Of a stretch of DNA of 64,000 bases, positions 47,801-60,552 are shown piece after piece; the stretch's first letter is position 1; the number at the start of each line of letters is the position of its first letter. Below the pieces are notes generated by a model that was not told the DNA's origin, did not search any database, and saw only the letters and a program-made list of their open reading frames with translations. Position numbers and translations under genes: made by a program. Origin of the DNA: Podarcis cretensis (taxonomy: Eukaryota). The DNA lies in assembly GCA_951804945.1 (NCBI GenBank), contig OX638157.1, positions 51,646,001-51,710,000 on the forward strand, written 5' to 3'.

Positions 47801-50512
47801 GTCATAGATGCTCTGGTGTAAAGGTTATATAAATTCACAGAAAGAAGAGACTTGTTCTTGTAGGTTGCAATCCTGTACACACTTACCTGGAAATGTCTCA
47901 TTTAATTCATTGGGGCTTTCTTCTGAGTAGAGGTGTACGTGTTTTCACTGTTAGTTTCTTGTCTGCTTAAACAAGAGTGCATATTTTTCTTTTTTCTTTG
48001 ATGAATTGGTTAGATCATCAACAAACAAACATATGTAGACTCGGTCTAACAGAAACTGAACTTGAAGATTCAAAGGTTATCTGCTTCGTGGATTAAAATT
48101 ACTGAGGTTTAACATTTATCCCATAACCCTGGCATTCTGTGCAAACCTATTCATGTTGTTACATTATTTTCCATCTGTTTTTTTCTCTCTCCCCGCCTTG
48201 TATCCCTTAGTGTAGACAAAATAACATTTAGACTGTAGTCCTAAGCACAGTTTTAATGACAGTTCAGTCGTGAATAATGGCACTTACTTTCAAGTAAATA
48301 CATTTAGAATGGGAATAACAGGCATCTTGGTAAAACTGTTTATACACTACAAAGATGTTTATTCAAACACAACAATTTGAATGGGAAAACCCCCTCAGTA
48401 AATATGAAGCAAGCTTGTTCATGTACATTTTGCAAAAAATGCATGTTGTATTCATCTATGCCCACTGATTTGTTATGATTTATACACAGCACTAGCACAG
48501 GAATGCTTGAAGCATTTCTCAGTAGCTAGCCATAAAGGCATTTAATCTCCCCTCATACAAAACCAGACAATAAAGAAGGAGGTCAATATCCTTTATGTAC
48601 AGTTCAACTAATTTCTCTGTTCAACATGCTTGAGGAAAATGGAGTGGCTTTTAAAAGTCAACAAATGTTCCTGAGTACCAGCCAAATTATTTTTGATCTC
48701 ATTCTGATCTTTGATTTGATGAATCTAGCATACATATATATATATTTCTTTTAATCATCCTGCCAAAAACCTGTCAGCATTGCTCCTCTAATGTGAAATA
48801 AAATGTACAGTTGTTCGGTTTAATTAAGCATTCAGTTCTTCTGCCAAGAGCAAATTAAAGTTCCCCATCATCTCAACCTATCCCTACCAAAATCAAATTA
48901 TACAAAGTGGTGGGCAATTGGTTATAACAAACAGCTGTAGGTTATATTTGCTTTCCAGTTGTTTTTTAAAAAATATTTTAAAAATATATGTTACCTGAGA
49001 GAGAAGCCAAGACAAATTACTCCTTTACTGATTATGGCTTTCACAGCTTTAAGAGAACACTCACACCCACATTGGCCTGGTTTGGACAATCATTGTAGGC
49101 TTCATAAGCCTGTTAATGAGACCAGGCTTCCGCCATTCTTAAGCTTTGGCACAAAGACCCCAGTTTAGATTAATACAAGCATTCCCGTTATATTGGAACT
49201 GGGGAAGCCCGTATTAATGTTTGTTTAACTCTGGTCAACAACGCGTGAAAAATAAGTATGCCTGTTCATTTCTTTTTATAAACATTTTATACCCCTTTTG
49301 GCCCCAAATGGTACTGAAACCTGGAGGCTGCATATATTTGGTTTATCCCCTTTGAAAGCCATTAAGCATGGCAAGCTTCAGCCTTCATTTCTCCATCAGC
49401 ACCATGCCCATAAGACCATCCCCATTGCAATGGGTGCCCCCCAGCTCCTATCTCTAATCCTCCTGGTCAGTAAAAGTCCACTACTGGTATAGAGGCTAGT
49501 GGGTGGGACCTTTCCACACACAACATTAACATGAAGTGGATGTGGTGACACTAACAGAGGAACCAGAAGTAGCATTGTGGGTGAAAGAGGAGGAAGGCCA
49601 GGAGCAGCTGCCCAGCCATGCTGCCTGGTGCTGCCAGCCAACATTTAAGCTAGTACTCATCACCACATCCTGTACAGTGGATTCCATACATTTTCTGCTT
49701 TGCAAATGTGTAATTCATGTTGTCCATCCTTCATGGGAAAGGAGCAGTTTCCCTATGAGGAATGCTTGCGACAGTTGTTGTTATTGTTGTTAGTTTAGGG
49801 AGAGGGTTTTTTTAAGTTAGAGTTAAAGGAGAATAAGAGGGATATGATAGGGGTATATGAAGGGGTGTTCACTTTGTTTCATTAATAGGATTCTTTACCT
49901 TCTGCTCTCTATATGACCATAGCAGCTTCCTGTATAAAAATATGGATCTGTTGTCAAATCTGGTTCCTGCAAGGAAAGACTACTATTCCAGTTAGGATTT
50001 TTTAAGTTTAGAAAAGGGGTGGAGGGCAATGAGAGTTTTATAAAATAATGCATGGTGTGGGCAAAGTGAATATAAATGTGTCTTTGGATGAAATCCTGTT
50101 GGAAGAATGTGCAATTTTATCAGCCTTTGCTGACTACTTCTTTCCACTGAATAAGTTCTGTGGAGCTCCTAAACATTCTACTTCAAGTCCTACCTGTACT
50201 TAAATTCTGTCCATTCATTGTTGTATATATTTCTGTCTGTGATTGTATTTATTGAAAAGTGGACTAAATAGCATTGAGAATACATGTACAGCAAACCACT
50301 TCAGCAGGCTTGCAACATTTCAGCTTGCTGTGCATTATTAATAAGATTGCTTAGTTTAAGGTTTAGTTTAATCTCCCAGATTAATAATATAACATTAAAA
50401 TCCTGCTGAATGTGTTGACAGTGGTGAAATTTGGTTAGGGTCACCAAAATGAAAATGAAACTAGTTTTTAAATCTTATATTTTTACCTATGATTTTTTAA
50501 ATAGTTGCTTAT

Positions 50513-50651
50513 GAGGGGTGAAGAACCTGTGGGCCTCCATACATTGCTACACTACAACTCCCATCATGCCTGATCACTGGCCAAGCTGGCTGGAGCTGAT
50601 GGGAGTTGGGAGTCCAGCAACATCTGAAGGACCACAGCTTTCAAATCCCTG
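50513..50651. mobile_element. Palindromic hAT-type MITE
   Basis: CTACAACTCCCATCATGCCTGATCACTGG..GATGGGAGTTGGGAGTCCAGCAACATCTGAAGG. Confidence 0.75.
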
Positions 50652-50662
50652 TTGCATATCAT

Positions 50663-51283
50663 CAGTGGTGGACCTACGCTTTTGGAGCCCTGAAGCTTGA
50701 ACTGTTATGGGGGACCCTTCTCAACCACCAATGAGGTCTGGGTAACCCCTGTTATCTTATTCAATGAGATTGTTCCATGTCAGATCACCACATTAAAAAC
50801 ACAACCCTATTACATCTCAGATTTTGATTTAAATTGCTGTCCTGAATTATCTCGCCTGTCAAAGTCACTGGGGTTGGACTAGATGACCCTTGTAGTCCCT
50901 TCCAACTCTACAATTCTATTAGTCTGTTATTCTTTTCTGGTTTTTCAAGTTTCACGTCCAGTTCATAATTTTTAGTTTCACGTCCAGTTTCATAATTGGA
51001 GAACTTTGCAATGTCATTTTCCGGAGACAATATATAGAAAGAATTTAAGTGCAGAACGGCCAACAACGCTCCGCCTTTGCAACATATGCACTACTGACTC
51101 TCAAACTTTGGGGTTGTGGAAATATATCCCTCCAAAATTAATCTATTTGAGTTGAGTGACTCAAATTGAATCTACTGGACCTGTTTATTTTAAGCAAGAT
51201 GGACCAGTGTCGCTTTTGGGGCCCTTCCAATATTGGGACCCCTGAAACTTAAGCTTCATTGCTTGTAGGTACATCTGCCTCTG
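50663..51283. mobile_element. Old non-autonomous DNA transposon containing a CR1 3' tail
   Basis: Imperfect TIRs CAGTGGTGGACCTAC and GTACATCTGCCTCTG; subterminal CCCTGAA(G/A)CTT at both ends. CR1 terminus GGGTTGGACTAGATGACCC..CCCTTCCAACTCTACAATTCTAT lies at ~50870-50919. Confidence 0.55.
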
Positions 51284-52708
51284 CATCATTAGAAATTATT
51301 TTAAATCTGAACCCAGATTCTAGCAAGAATCTTTGCAAATTGAAATAGAAGCTTTCAAGTTGCTGCAAAGGATTTCAGCTATTCATTCAGCAGACTTTGC
51401 CTTTGTATGTATTCCCTTCTCCCATTAAAGCTTCAGGGTAACTTTAAAAGAATAAATTTTCTGCTCTTCCCCATCTCTTACAAAAGACTTCTCCATTTAG
51501 TATCTTTCTCTGTCCGGATGCACCATTGACATGAATCTTGCTGTCACTAACCCATTAAGAGCACACTGAAGTAGTATCCCTGGTTTTTAAGGAATGCAGA
51601 ATTTTGACTAGAAGGCACATCAACCTCCTTCCCTCATGCTAGATCAAGGATTCCTATTGTCAGATGCAATGGGCATGAAAGCAGCAATTTTACAGCACAA
51701 AAACTCCAATAACATTTACTGCGGTTGGCTGAGATTGAAATGCACACAGGCACTGCTCAGTCTTGGTTTCTTAAGCACCAGCTTCCCTTGGCTTCTTGCC
51801 AGTTTGTGCATTTCAAAGAGACAAGTCCTTTAAGGGGAAAGAGTTTTCCTTGTAACTTGCTGTGGGGTAAACAGACCATTCAGGCATAGTTTATTGCATT
51901 ACATAGTTGACTATGCATAGCAGAATGGAACACCGTAATTGGCAGAATTATTTTGATCATTGGAATTCATAAGTATGAAATAGCTTTTCTAAGCCAAAAG
52001 AAAAGGAAAATGTGATAATTTATTATAGTGAATTGAGTGGTAGCCTGCTTGCGAGAACACTTAAGCCATTTTGACTTTGACATAAATTGATTCTCCAGTT
52101 TTGCAATACCGTAATACAGAATATTAGCGGTTAGAACCAAATGGGACAATCCAGCTTAAGCACTCTTAAGACTCAGTGATTTCAAATAGTTAGTGAACTT
52201 GCCTATCTCTCCTACTGAAATCAGGAGGACTAAATGCTTAATGATGGCTGGAGCATTCCCAACTTTTGTAAAATTTACCAGCAGGCGGGTATAATTTTGT
52301 TAGAACTGGTATATATGTTAATTAATCCTTCCTCTATTGTGCATTCTCTACCCCATTCTTTATCCCAAGCCCTCACCTCTCAAATCAGGCCTGTCGCCCT
52401 TAACCATCTCTAACCTTTACAGGAGTACTGCTAGGATCAGTGCATACCACCATAACCTGAATTTGATATCAAAGTTTAAATCCACTGGTGGCATATACAA
52501 AGAGGCATTTTGGGTTTTTTAAAACAAAAATTTCTTTTTATTTATTTAATCAAAAGCATATTAAAATAAAGAAATAAATAAGAAATAATACAATTTCATG
52601 AAAATTAAATGCACACACAGAGGATACAAATTTAGGTAATTGCATTTGGAGTGTAGTTACATGTCCTTAAAAAAACATGTTTATAAATTATGAAGATATT
52701 GGCCTTGA

Positions 52709-53429
52709 GGGGGTGTATGGGGTGTTAAGGGAGGGGAAATATCTTTGGTGGGGGTCACACCATGCTCTATCTGGGTAGTTCATCCACCACTGGTCTCCAC
52801 TCTCATCTGTATCTCCTAGAAGCTGTCAGCATGCAGCAGTGGCCACACCCCAGGTAATTGCTTTGACTGATTGGCTAAAACAGGTGAGGTTAGCTGATGT
52901 GTATCAAACCCTCCGTGAGTGAGGGATTTGTCTGTCTCCTGCATGCAAAGACAGATTCTGCCTGATTGAGCGGATAATACCAACAGCAAGTCTAACAGTC
53001 AAGAAGGCAGATTCAGCATGTGCTATAGAGGGAATTGAGGGGCAGATGGGGCTCATCAATCTGGGAAGGTAGCCCATCTAGGAGAAAGAATACTCTGATC
53101 CTAAACCTCCACCCCCTTTCAGCTATACTCATTCGTGAGAAAGTTTTCAGGAGTAAACGCTGAGGAAAAATCCATACCGACTGCCTTATTGAGTACAAAA
53201 GGCTAAGGATCAAATCCTACACAAATACGGAGTAGAGTCCCAAAGGTGGTTGGATGGCATCTTGTATGCCTACTTCTGGCACCTCCTGTAGCCAGGTTGG
53301 TGCTGAATGTATTGCTTTCCTTTCCTTTGAACTACATCAGTAAGGCCGGGGGGGGGGGGGGGGGGCCTTGTTGTCTGGGCAGGCCAGGACCTCCATGCAC
53401 ACTCTCCAAGCTTGCGCCCTGGTGATTGT
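52709..53429 (+). mobile_element. Non-autonomous RTE-derived element (RTE 5'-UTR-like), same family as 37737-38165
   Basis: Shares TCAAACCCTCC(G/A)TGAGTGAGGGA, TCAAGAAGG, TGAGGGGCAG, AAAAGGCTAAGGA and CTCCAT..ACACT..GCTTGC.CCCTGG with the 37.7 kb copy. Flanked by CCTTGA at 52703-52708 and 53430-53435. Confidence 0.7.
52710..52888 (+). ncRNA. HDV-like self-cleaving ribozyme relic (candidate)
   Basis: P1 GGGGUGU/ACACCCC (52710-52716 with 52845-52851), P2 CUCAUCUGU/ACAGGUGAG (52802-52810 with 52880-52888), L3 starting UCC, a short P4, and J4/2 GCUAA. P3 and P1.1 are degraded. Confidence 0.5.
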
Positions 53430-53635
53430 CCTTGAAGTCTTAAGATATTCTGACTTGAAGATGAGAAGTTAGTAAGAGTTCCAAATAGCATATTTCACAA
53501 GAGACTTTTGAACCATGTCATTATTTACATACACATATATATAAAGTTTTGTGTAATAGTTGAAAATTAATATTTTTTGTATGTCCTCTACTTTGTTCAC
53601 CATATAAAACAACAAATTTTAGCCAGTCTTACAAC

Positions 53636-53992
53636 TGAATCATAGAATCATAAAATTGCAGAGTTGAAAGGAAGCCCCAAGGGTCATCTAGTCACAGCTA
53701 AAGAATCCCCGACAAATGGCCATTCAACCTCTATTTAGAAACCTCCAATGAAAGAGAGTACACCACCCTCCGAAGTAGTCCATTCCACCGTTGAACAGCT
53801 CTTACAGTCAGAAAAGTCTTCATAATGTTTAATCAGAATATCCTTACTTGTAATTTGAATTCATTGGGTTGGGTCCTACCCTCTGGAACAGCAGAAAACA
53901 AGCTTCTTCTATCTTCCATGTGACAGCCCTTCAGATATTTGAAGATTTCTATCATGTCACATATCAGGTTTTTCTTACCCAGGCTTAACATA
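53636..53992 (-). mobile_element. CR1 LINE 3' fragment
   Basis: (GAATCATA)n tail, GAGTTGAAAGG..AAGGGTCATCTAGTC, CCATTCCACCGTTGAACAGCTCTTACAGTCAGAAA and CCATGTGACAGCCCTTCAGATATTTGAAGA. Confidence 0.88.
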
Positions 53993-55851
53993 CTTTTTCT
54001 CCATTTGTATACCGCTGTTTATCTGTAGTTCTCAGGGTGATTCACAACATAAAAATGCATGTTAAAAACTCAAAAATACGTAATAAAAATGATATATGAG
54101 ATATTATTGTTATCTTTAATATATTGTTATAGGCCCCCTCCTTTTTCTTATTCTCCTTTCCCTCTCCCCCCAAAAGGCAGAGTTGTTGTGATGGTGAAAC
54201 CCAGCTAAATTCAAGTCATAACCTACATACTGAAGGGCAGTATTTTAAGGGAAGAAAACTTGGTGTGAAAAATCTAACTGGAGCTTTTGATTGCATGAAG
54301 AAAAAAAGAGTAAGGCTTACCAAGAATAATCAGCTTTGCCATGATTAAAATGTCTAGAATACTGCTAATTGTTAACAGCAGCCTTGTTACATTGGCACAG
54401 ACTGCAGTCCTATAGTGAAACAGTGAAAACCCATTTTGTGCATGTGTTTCTTGAATCCTTTAAAGAGTGCAGTCAACACGTTTGATTTTTGCGTTATCAA
54501 GGGTTATTGTTATGATGTCCGAATATTAAGTAGCATAATTTGGTTATTATTGAACAAAAAATGTGACTGCAGTGTTTTTATGAATATTTTAGTTGTCAGT
54601 ATGGTTTGCTATAAATGGTATTAAAACAGCCGATTTTTATTTTGTAATAGAGAGTGCTTAATTCAAAAATGAGCTCAAGGTCTCCTTTTTTCTTTCTTTT
54701 GTGTTGTGCTTTTTCCACACACCCCCCCCAACACTCTTTCATGAACAATTGTATGTTGTATCTGTAGTAATCTTCCATTTCTGCATTGCTTTCCAGTAGC
54801 TTGCCCTCTGCTGAGTAGGAAAAAGGCAAGAATAAGAATGACCTTGAACCCCTCTGCCAGTGTGTGCCTGTAGCGAAAATGCTTCAGAAACCAAGTGAAG
54901 CACTTCTAATGAATTGTGCTTTTGATTCTTTGAATCTGCACAGCATCTCCATCAGGTTTTTACAGCTGGACTCTTGCTGTAATTGCTACTGAGATGAGAT
55001 GCACAACATGGGGTGTTGAAACCAAGTACTTATATTGTCTTACTGGCCAAAAATATATGGCATAGTAGGAGCAACAGACTTCATGAAATTTACACTTCAT
55101 GTCTTCATGTTCTTCGCCCATTTCTGACATGCTGCTGATCTGTCAGCAGGTACTCTAGATGGAGGTGATAAAAACGACAAATCCAAAAGGTGTTTCTTAA
55201 AGCTGCTATGTATCCTTTGAGTAGAAAATTCTGGTTGATAAATATAGAATGTTCCAAGTCTATAGTGTTAGCTGCAATCCCTGAATTATATGTACTGGAG
55301 TAAAAATGTTCTCCGTGGGACTGCTCTGTTGTAAATCATTTGTAGTCCTTTGAGAAATGCTGTCTCAATCAAAAACACAAAAATTATTTTGTCACTGGCT
55401 TAGCTATGGCCTCTCAGAGGTTTATAATTACCGTATATAGCCAAAAAGTAAAATTCAAGAATCTTACATTTTTAATTCCTTAAAATGAAATATTACCTCA
55501 GGATGCATTTCAGTAATATTAGAATGAGGTTATGACCTACACTGATCCTATGAAATGGGGCAGGATAGAAATGCAAAAAATTATATTAGCTTTGAAATCT
55601 CTTTGCTGCACTGCTGTACTGAAGAGACTTTCTCTTCATGACTACGGTTTTGTAGGAGAGTCTTATTAGTGATGTTTTAGATTGTGGCTATTCTCCTTAG
55701 ATAATTCACAAAACAATGCATCTTACAATTAGTTTCAAGTCTTCTTCAATGGACATTAGTAATATGTAATTAGTTTTAACCATAAAAGTTTGTTCTTCCC
55801 TATTCTAACCCGCTGTGCCTTCTATGTTGTGAAGAGTTAATTTTAACAGTA

Positions 55852-56101
55852 CAGTCATACCTTGGTTTTCAAACAGCTTAGTTCTCGAACGTTTTGGCTC
55901 CCAAACGCCACAAACCCAGAAGTGACTGTTCCAGTTTGTGAACTATTTTTGGAAGCCGAACGTCCAACGGGGCTTCCACAGCTTCCAATTGGCTGCAGGA
56001 GCTTCCTGCAGCCAATCAGAAGCAGTGTTTTGGTTTCTGAATGTTTTGGAAGTCGAATGGACTTCCAGAATGGATTCTGTTCAACTTCCAAGGTACGGCT
56101 G
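55852..56101. mobile_element. Tc1/mariner (Tigger-like) MITE
   Basis: TIRs CAGTCATACCTTGG and CCAAGGTACGGCTG with TA on both sides; internal hairpin ATTGGCTGCAGGA-GCT-TCCTGCAGCCAAT. Confidence 0.85.
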
Positions 56102-56103
56102 TA

Positions 56104-56282
56104 CAGGCAATGACCGATTAATGCGCATCTGAAAGACACGCTACCATGCACACATAGTGCCAAACTCAGAAGTGATCTAACATCACTAAAAGGAAGGAAC
56201 AGGGGTGGAGTGTGCTTGTATGTGCTCGGCCAATGCATGCGGGGGCCAGAACAGAACCCCCATGCAAAATGGTTATTGACTG
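56104..56282. mobile_element. Second, older Tc1/mariner-like MITE abutting the previous one
   Basis: Imperfect TIRs CAGGCAATGACCG and TGGTTATTGACTG; shares the TA at 56102-56103. Confidence 0.5.
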
Positions 56283-58867
56283 TGTCATTAAAAATTGTAT
56301 CTTACATTTATGTGACATTATGTTGATAAGCGACAATTACTTGTAGCCAGTATTATTGCTGCAGCATGGGAAACAGACTGCTATTGTCTGACTCGCATTG
56401 TGCTGGCTCATCAACCTTTGAATAAGGAAGTATTCTCCATTTTGCTTAGTCCGATCATGCTTGAACTGAGCCCACATGATACTTAGAAAGTACACAAAGA
56501 AGCAGGAAACAACATCAAGTTCAAGAGAGTTCTTATCCCTTGAGATAAATGTAGACATTCACATGTTATGCAGATTGATGAAAATAGATGAAATGAAGAG
56601 CTGGAGGTTGGAGTTAGGACTCCAGAGTCAGCCATTCAAGCCTGCTTCATAACCAGAACCTGCCCCAACTGCTCTTAAGTGAGCTTTGCTGGGCTTAGAG
56701 TTGGTGTTCAGCCTCCTCTTCTGGCAACAGCATATAGCTTCGGGAAAATGATTCTACATCCTATGGGGTATGGGACAATTCAAAGACGGATACGAGGCAA
56801 GATGGTGCGAAGGATCCTCATGGGATAGCAGGTCAATTAATTATTCATAGGTAGGGACACCAGATGAAAGGAGTATAGATATTAATCCATAGTTCTTCCA
56901 TCAGTCCCCATCCCTCACCCCCTGTTCTTTTCCTGGGAAAAGAGTAACTGTAATAGGCTGGTACTTAATACTGCTTAGGGGTAAAAAGTCTATTATCTGC
57001 CCTTGAGACTCAGATCATAAGAAAACAACAGTTTCAAAGAATGCCTTTTCATCTTATTTAGAAAAAGCAAAGGGATGCACTTGGAGAAACTGATAGCGGT
57101 TGCCATGACGTTTATGGTGAGGATCAGGTTTTGCATCCTTCCAGCTGCTTTCCAGAGAGCAACTTATTTGGGTTGCTCCACAGAACTTAATGGGAGCCAC
57201 CGACAATTGAGTATTCCTTTATCTGCATAGCCCTTCTTCTTCAAAGTCATGTCTTTGTTAGAGCCACATATCTTGCTGTGAAAAGAATGTGCCAATACTC
57301 TGGGGGCTGTATATAGCTAGCTAGTTAGATTGATCCAAACTCGGAATACCATAATTCTCATGTAGCACAAACATGTGCATTTCCTTCACACCCTCCATTC
57401 CCTGGCACAGTTCAGTCTGGCTACTTTCCCTCCTGCTAAGAAAATGTGATCAGGGAAGGTAGATTCATTGAGTCTGGGAACAAGCCAGTGAGAGAATTCC
57501 TTCTTTTATTCTCATACATCAGTCTCTTTCTGCCTAGCTTTGCTTTCTGGGAAGACTGGAATTAAAGGCGACAGAGACCACAGCTTCTTACAAGCATGAA
57601 TAGAGATGAGATGCTCCAGTGAAAAAGTTCTTCCTCTTATTTGTGTGCTCCTGTCTTCCACTTTCCCAAGCAGAGAGGGGAGGGAAATTGGCAGCTGAGC
57701 ATGTGTGTGAATGAAGCTGGTCAACTGGCAATTACTAGCCCCTATGATAAGTGCAGTATTCTATATGCAGCTTATTATGGGAATCCAGATAAATTACAAG
57801 ACTACAAATGAAAAACCGTTGCTTTCATATAAACAGCACCACATAAATGTTACTGCCCTGCAACTTGCGCTCATTTCAGCAGGACTAGTACAGAGTGAAA
57901 TATAAGCTCGTCAAAATGGAGGCTGCACAGCAGAAGTGCTTGGTAGATTGTTCTCCCTGGTGCTGACCTATACCTGATTGTCTTCTCTGTACTGCCAAAA
58001 TTCAGGTCTCCCCTCTGGAAACCCCAGTTGGTCCCAGTTCCAGCTCAGCCACAGGCATCGCTGGGATTCTTTCACTGTAGCTTGTTGTGAAATGTTCCGT
58101 TTCTTAATGATAATGGACACAGGTAGCAAGGTATACATTCTGCCTAAGAGGGGTGATTAAGTTATTAGCATTGCTGTGCTGTGCTGTGCTTACCTGGGAG
58201 TCCCATTGAGCATAGTGGAACTTACTTCTAAGTAAATATGTATAGGATATCACTGTAAGAGGACCAGCTCTTGCCAGTGACTTCACTTCACACCATACAC
58301 ATATATATCACTTGTATACTACAAATAGTGAGTTTCCCAAAAGAAATGCCGTATCTTGTCTTTCCCCTCTCTTCTCTTGCTCCCCATTGCAACCTATTTT
58401 TCTTAATTTATATTTCATCATTTCCTAAAAACATTTTGTAGACTTTTTAAAAACTCTCTTTTATTATTTTTCTTTTCTTATTGCCCCCCTTCATTATGTC
58501 TTTTGCATTTCCCCCTCAATTGCATTTGTTAAAACTCTCAATGGAATACAAACTTGTCAGTAAAAGGTGATTTTCTCAAAATGTGCCTGCCTTAGGAAAG
58601 CTGTTTAATTGGTAGAAATCCAAATTTCCAGCCCATACCACTTCCTGACAAAGACCTGCATAACAAATACCTATTGCATCTTTTTTCATAATTGAAATAG
58701 GCATATCATGTTTTCACTTTATTGATATTAGTTTCTCCCCGTAAAAGAAATGAAACATGTATGTAAATATATATACATATATATAGATGGTGAGTTTTAG
58801 CTCCATTACAGGCTGCAGTTCCCTAGAATCATCCTATATAACCTAGGTCATCCAATGAAGTTATACT

Positions 58868-59157
58868 TTTACACACAATGCATCGTTAACCTATGGAATT
58901 CAGTCCCATAAGATGTAGTGATAGTAGCATACTTTGAGGCTTTAAAAGGGGGTTAGACCAATTCATAGATGATAAGGCTATCTCCATGGCTACTCTAGTG
59001 CTGGAGACAGTATGCGTCTTAACATCAGCTCCTGGGAATCACAAATAATGTGTATACTGCTTGTGGGTTTCCCATAGGCATCTGGTTGGCCACTGTGATA
59101 ACAGAATGCTGGACTAGGTGGCCTTTGGTCCAGCAGGTCTCTTCTTAGATTCTTATG
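58868..59157 (+). mobile_element. CR1 LINE 3' end
   Basis: FTQ..VNLWNS.P-like ORF2 end, GCTTTAAAAGGGGGTTAGACCAATTCAT, and 3' UTR ..GCTGGACTAGGTGG..TTCTTATG. Confidence 0.8.
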
Positions 59158-59689
59158 CCTTGAGACTCTAGTGCACTGAGATGAGTTGAGTTGAATTCAA
59201 TAACAGCTTTTTCATAAGCTGTTTGTGAGACAGCTCAGCTTAGTGCCTGGCAGTTAGGAATCACGTGACTTGCCTAGACTGGCTGAAAACATAGCTCCCA
59301 TGAACTGAAATAATCTTCTTCAAAACGGCAAGTATGAACCGATAGGCACTATAGCTCTACCTCACACCATAGTTAACTTTGTTCTAAGACTACTCTTGAG
59401 AAAACTCGGTTTTTTTCTCCAGAATTCTCTGCAGAAGCTCAAAATATTGGCACATCTAGAGAAGCTCTCTACCAACCCTCTGTGTTGTTCTTCCTTATTA
59501 TTGTGAAAAGTGCAGGCCGGCTAGTGCAAATTCTGGGCACTCTTGAGCTTCTTCAGGCATGTCCAGTGTCACTGGGATGCATTCCAATATACCGTATTCA
59601 TACCTAGGTCAGTGAACTGGGAGAGCTGAATGTTTGTGAGCCTATTAGAAAATGAACCTAGACTTTGTTATAATTGTAAGCTGGGTTCA

Positions 59690-60010
59690 CAGTGAAGGGT
59701 GAGATTCCGTATGAGCTTCCATTAACCCTTCTGTCATACCTGGAGGGGCCTCTCTGTGTTCCCCTGCCACCTGAAGTTAGATGGGTGGTGACTGGAGAAA
59801 GGGCCTTCTTGGTTGTGATGTTCCATCTGTGGATTGCCCTTCCCAGGGAGGCTTGTCTGGTGCTAACTCTGCTGTCAAAAGCTGCCTGCAGACTGATTTT
59901 ATGTGTTCCGCTTAATTTTGTGCGCTACTTTTATCTGCTACCTTTTTTAGTTTTAGCTTTCCTAGACGTTTTGCTTAAGGTTGGCATTAAAGTATTTAAA
60001 ATAAATAAAT
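59690..60010 (+). mobile_element. Degenerate L2 3' fragment
   Basis: Translates EGPLCVP..EVRWVVTGERAFLVV..LWIALPRE, the L2 ORF2 terminal motif, followed by an AT-rich tail. Confidence 0.65.
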
Positions 60011-60419
60011 GGGGCAGTATCCAATGAAGTAATTCTTTTAGCACAAGGGTTTGCATTTCTGCAATAGAATTTCCCCTCAGTCTACTCTCCACACGTGCCG
60101 CACAAGCTTTCCTGCACATCTGCTTCATAGGGTTGGGGAAAACTGCATGACAGAAGAGAAGAAGGAGAAGCTTCATTGCGAAACCAAAAAGTCCTTGTGC
60201 TAATGGAACTACACTTTTTGATACTGTACTTAGCCTCTCTTGCTGAAGCATCAGAAGCTTCACTACTTGGACATAGACCTAGGTTATAAACAGCCCCACT
60301 ATAGCTTATGGTAAGTAAGAATCGCCACAAGGAAGGGAGCTGGGAAATTTTTACATACAAGTAGATAACGTTTTCTTTCTTTCTTTCGGTCACAAATAAT
60401 TAGCGTAGATAACTGTGGC

Positions 60420-60552
60420 CAGTGGGTTTTTTCCTAGAAAAATAGGGGCCAGCACTCATCATGAAGTTTTTACAGTAAGTGCCATGCTTTTAAACCAAAA
60501 TTAAGATGTGCCAGTACTGCATACCCTTGAGTACCTCCTGAAGGAAGCACTG
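60420..60552. mobile_element. Short non-autonomous DNA transposon (MITE)
   Basis: Imperfect TIRs CAGTGGGTTTTTTC and GAAGGAAGCACTG. Confidence 0.55.

Noticed and set aside
53348-53365. G18 homopolymer as a functional G-quadruplex
   Set aside because: Simple expansion inside a retroposon relic; homopolymer length is also assembly-sensitive.
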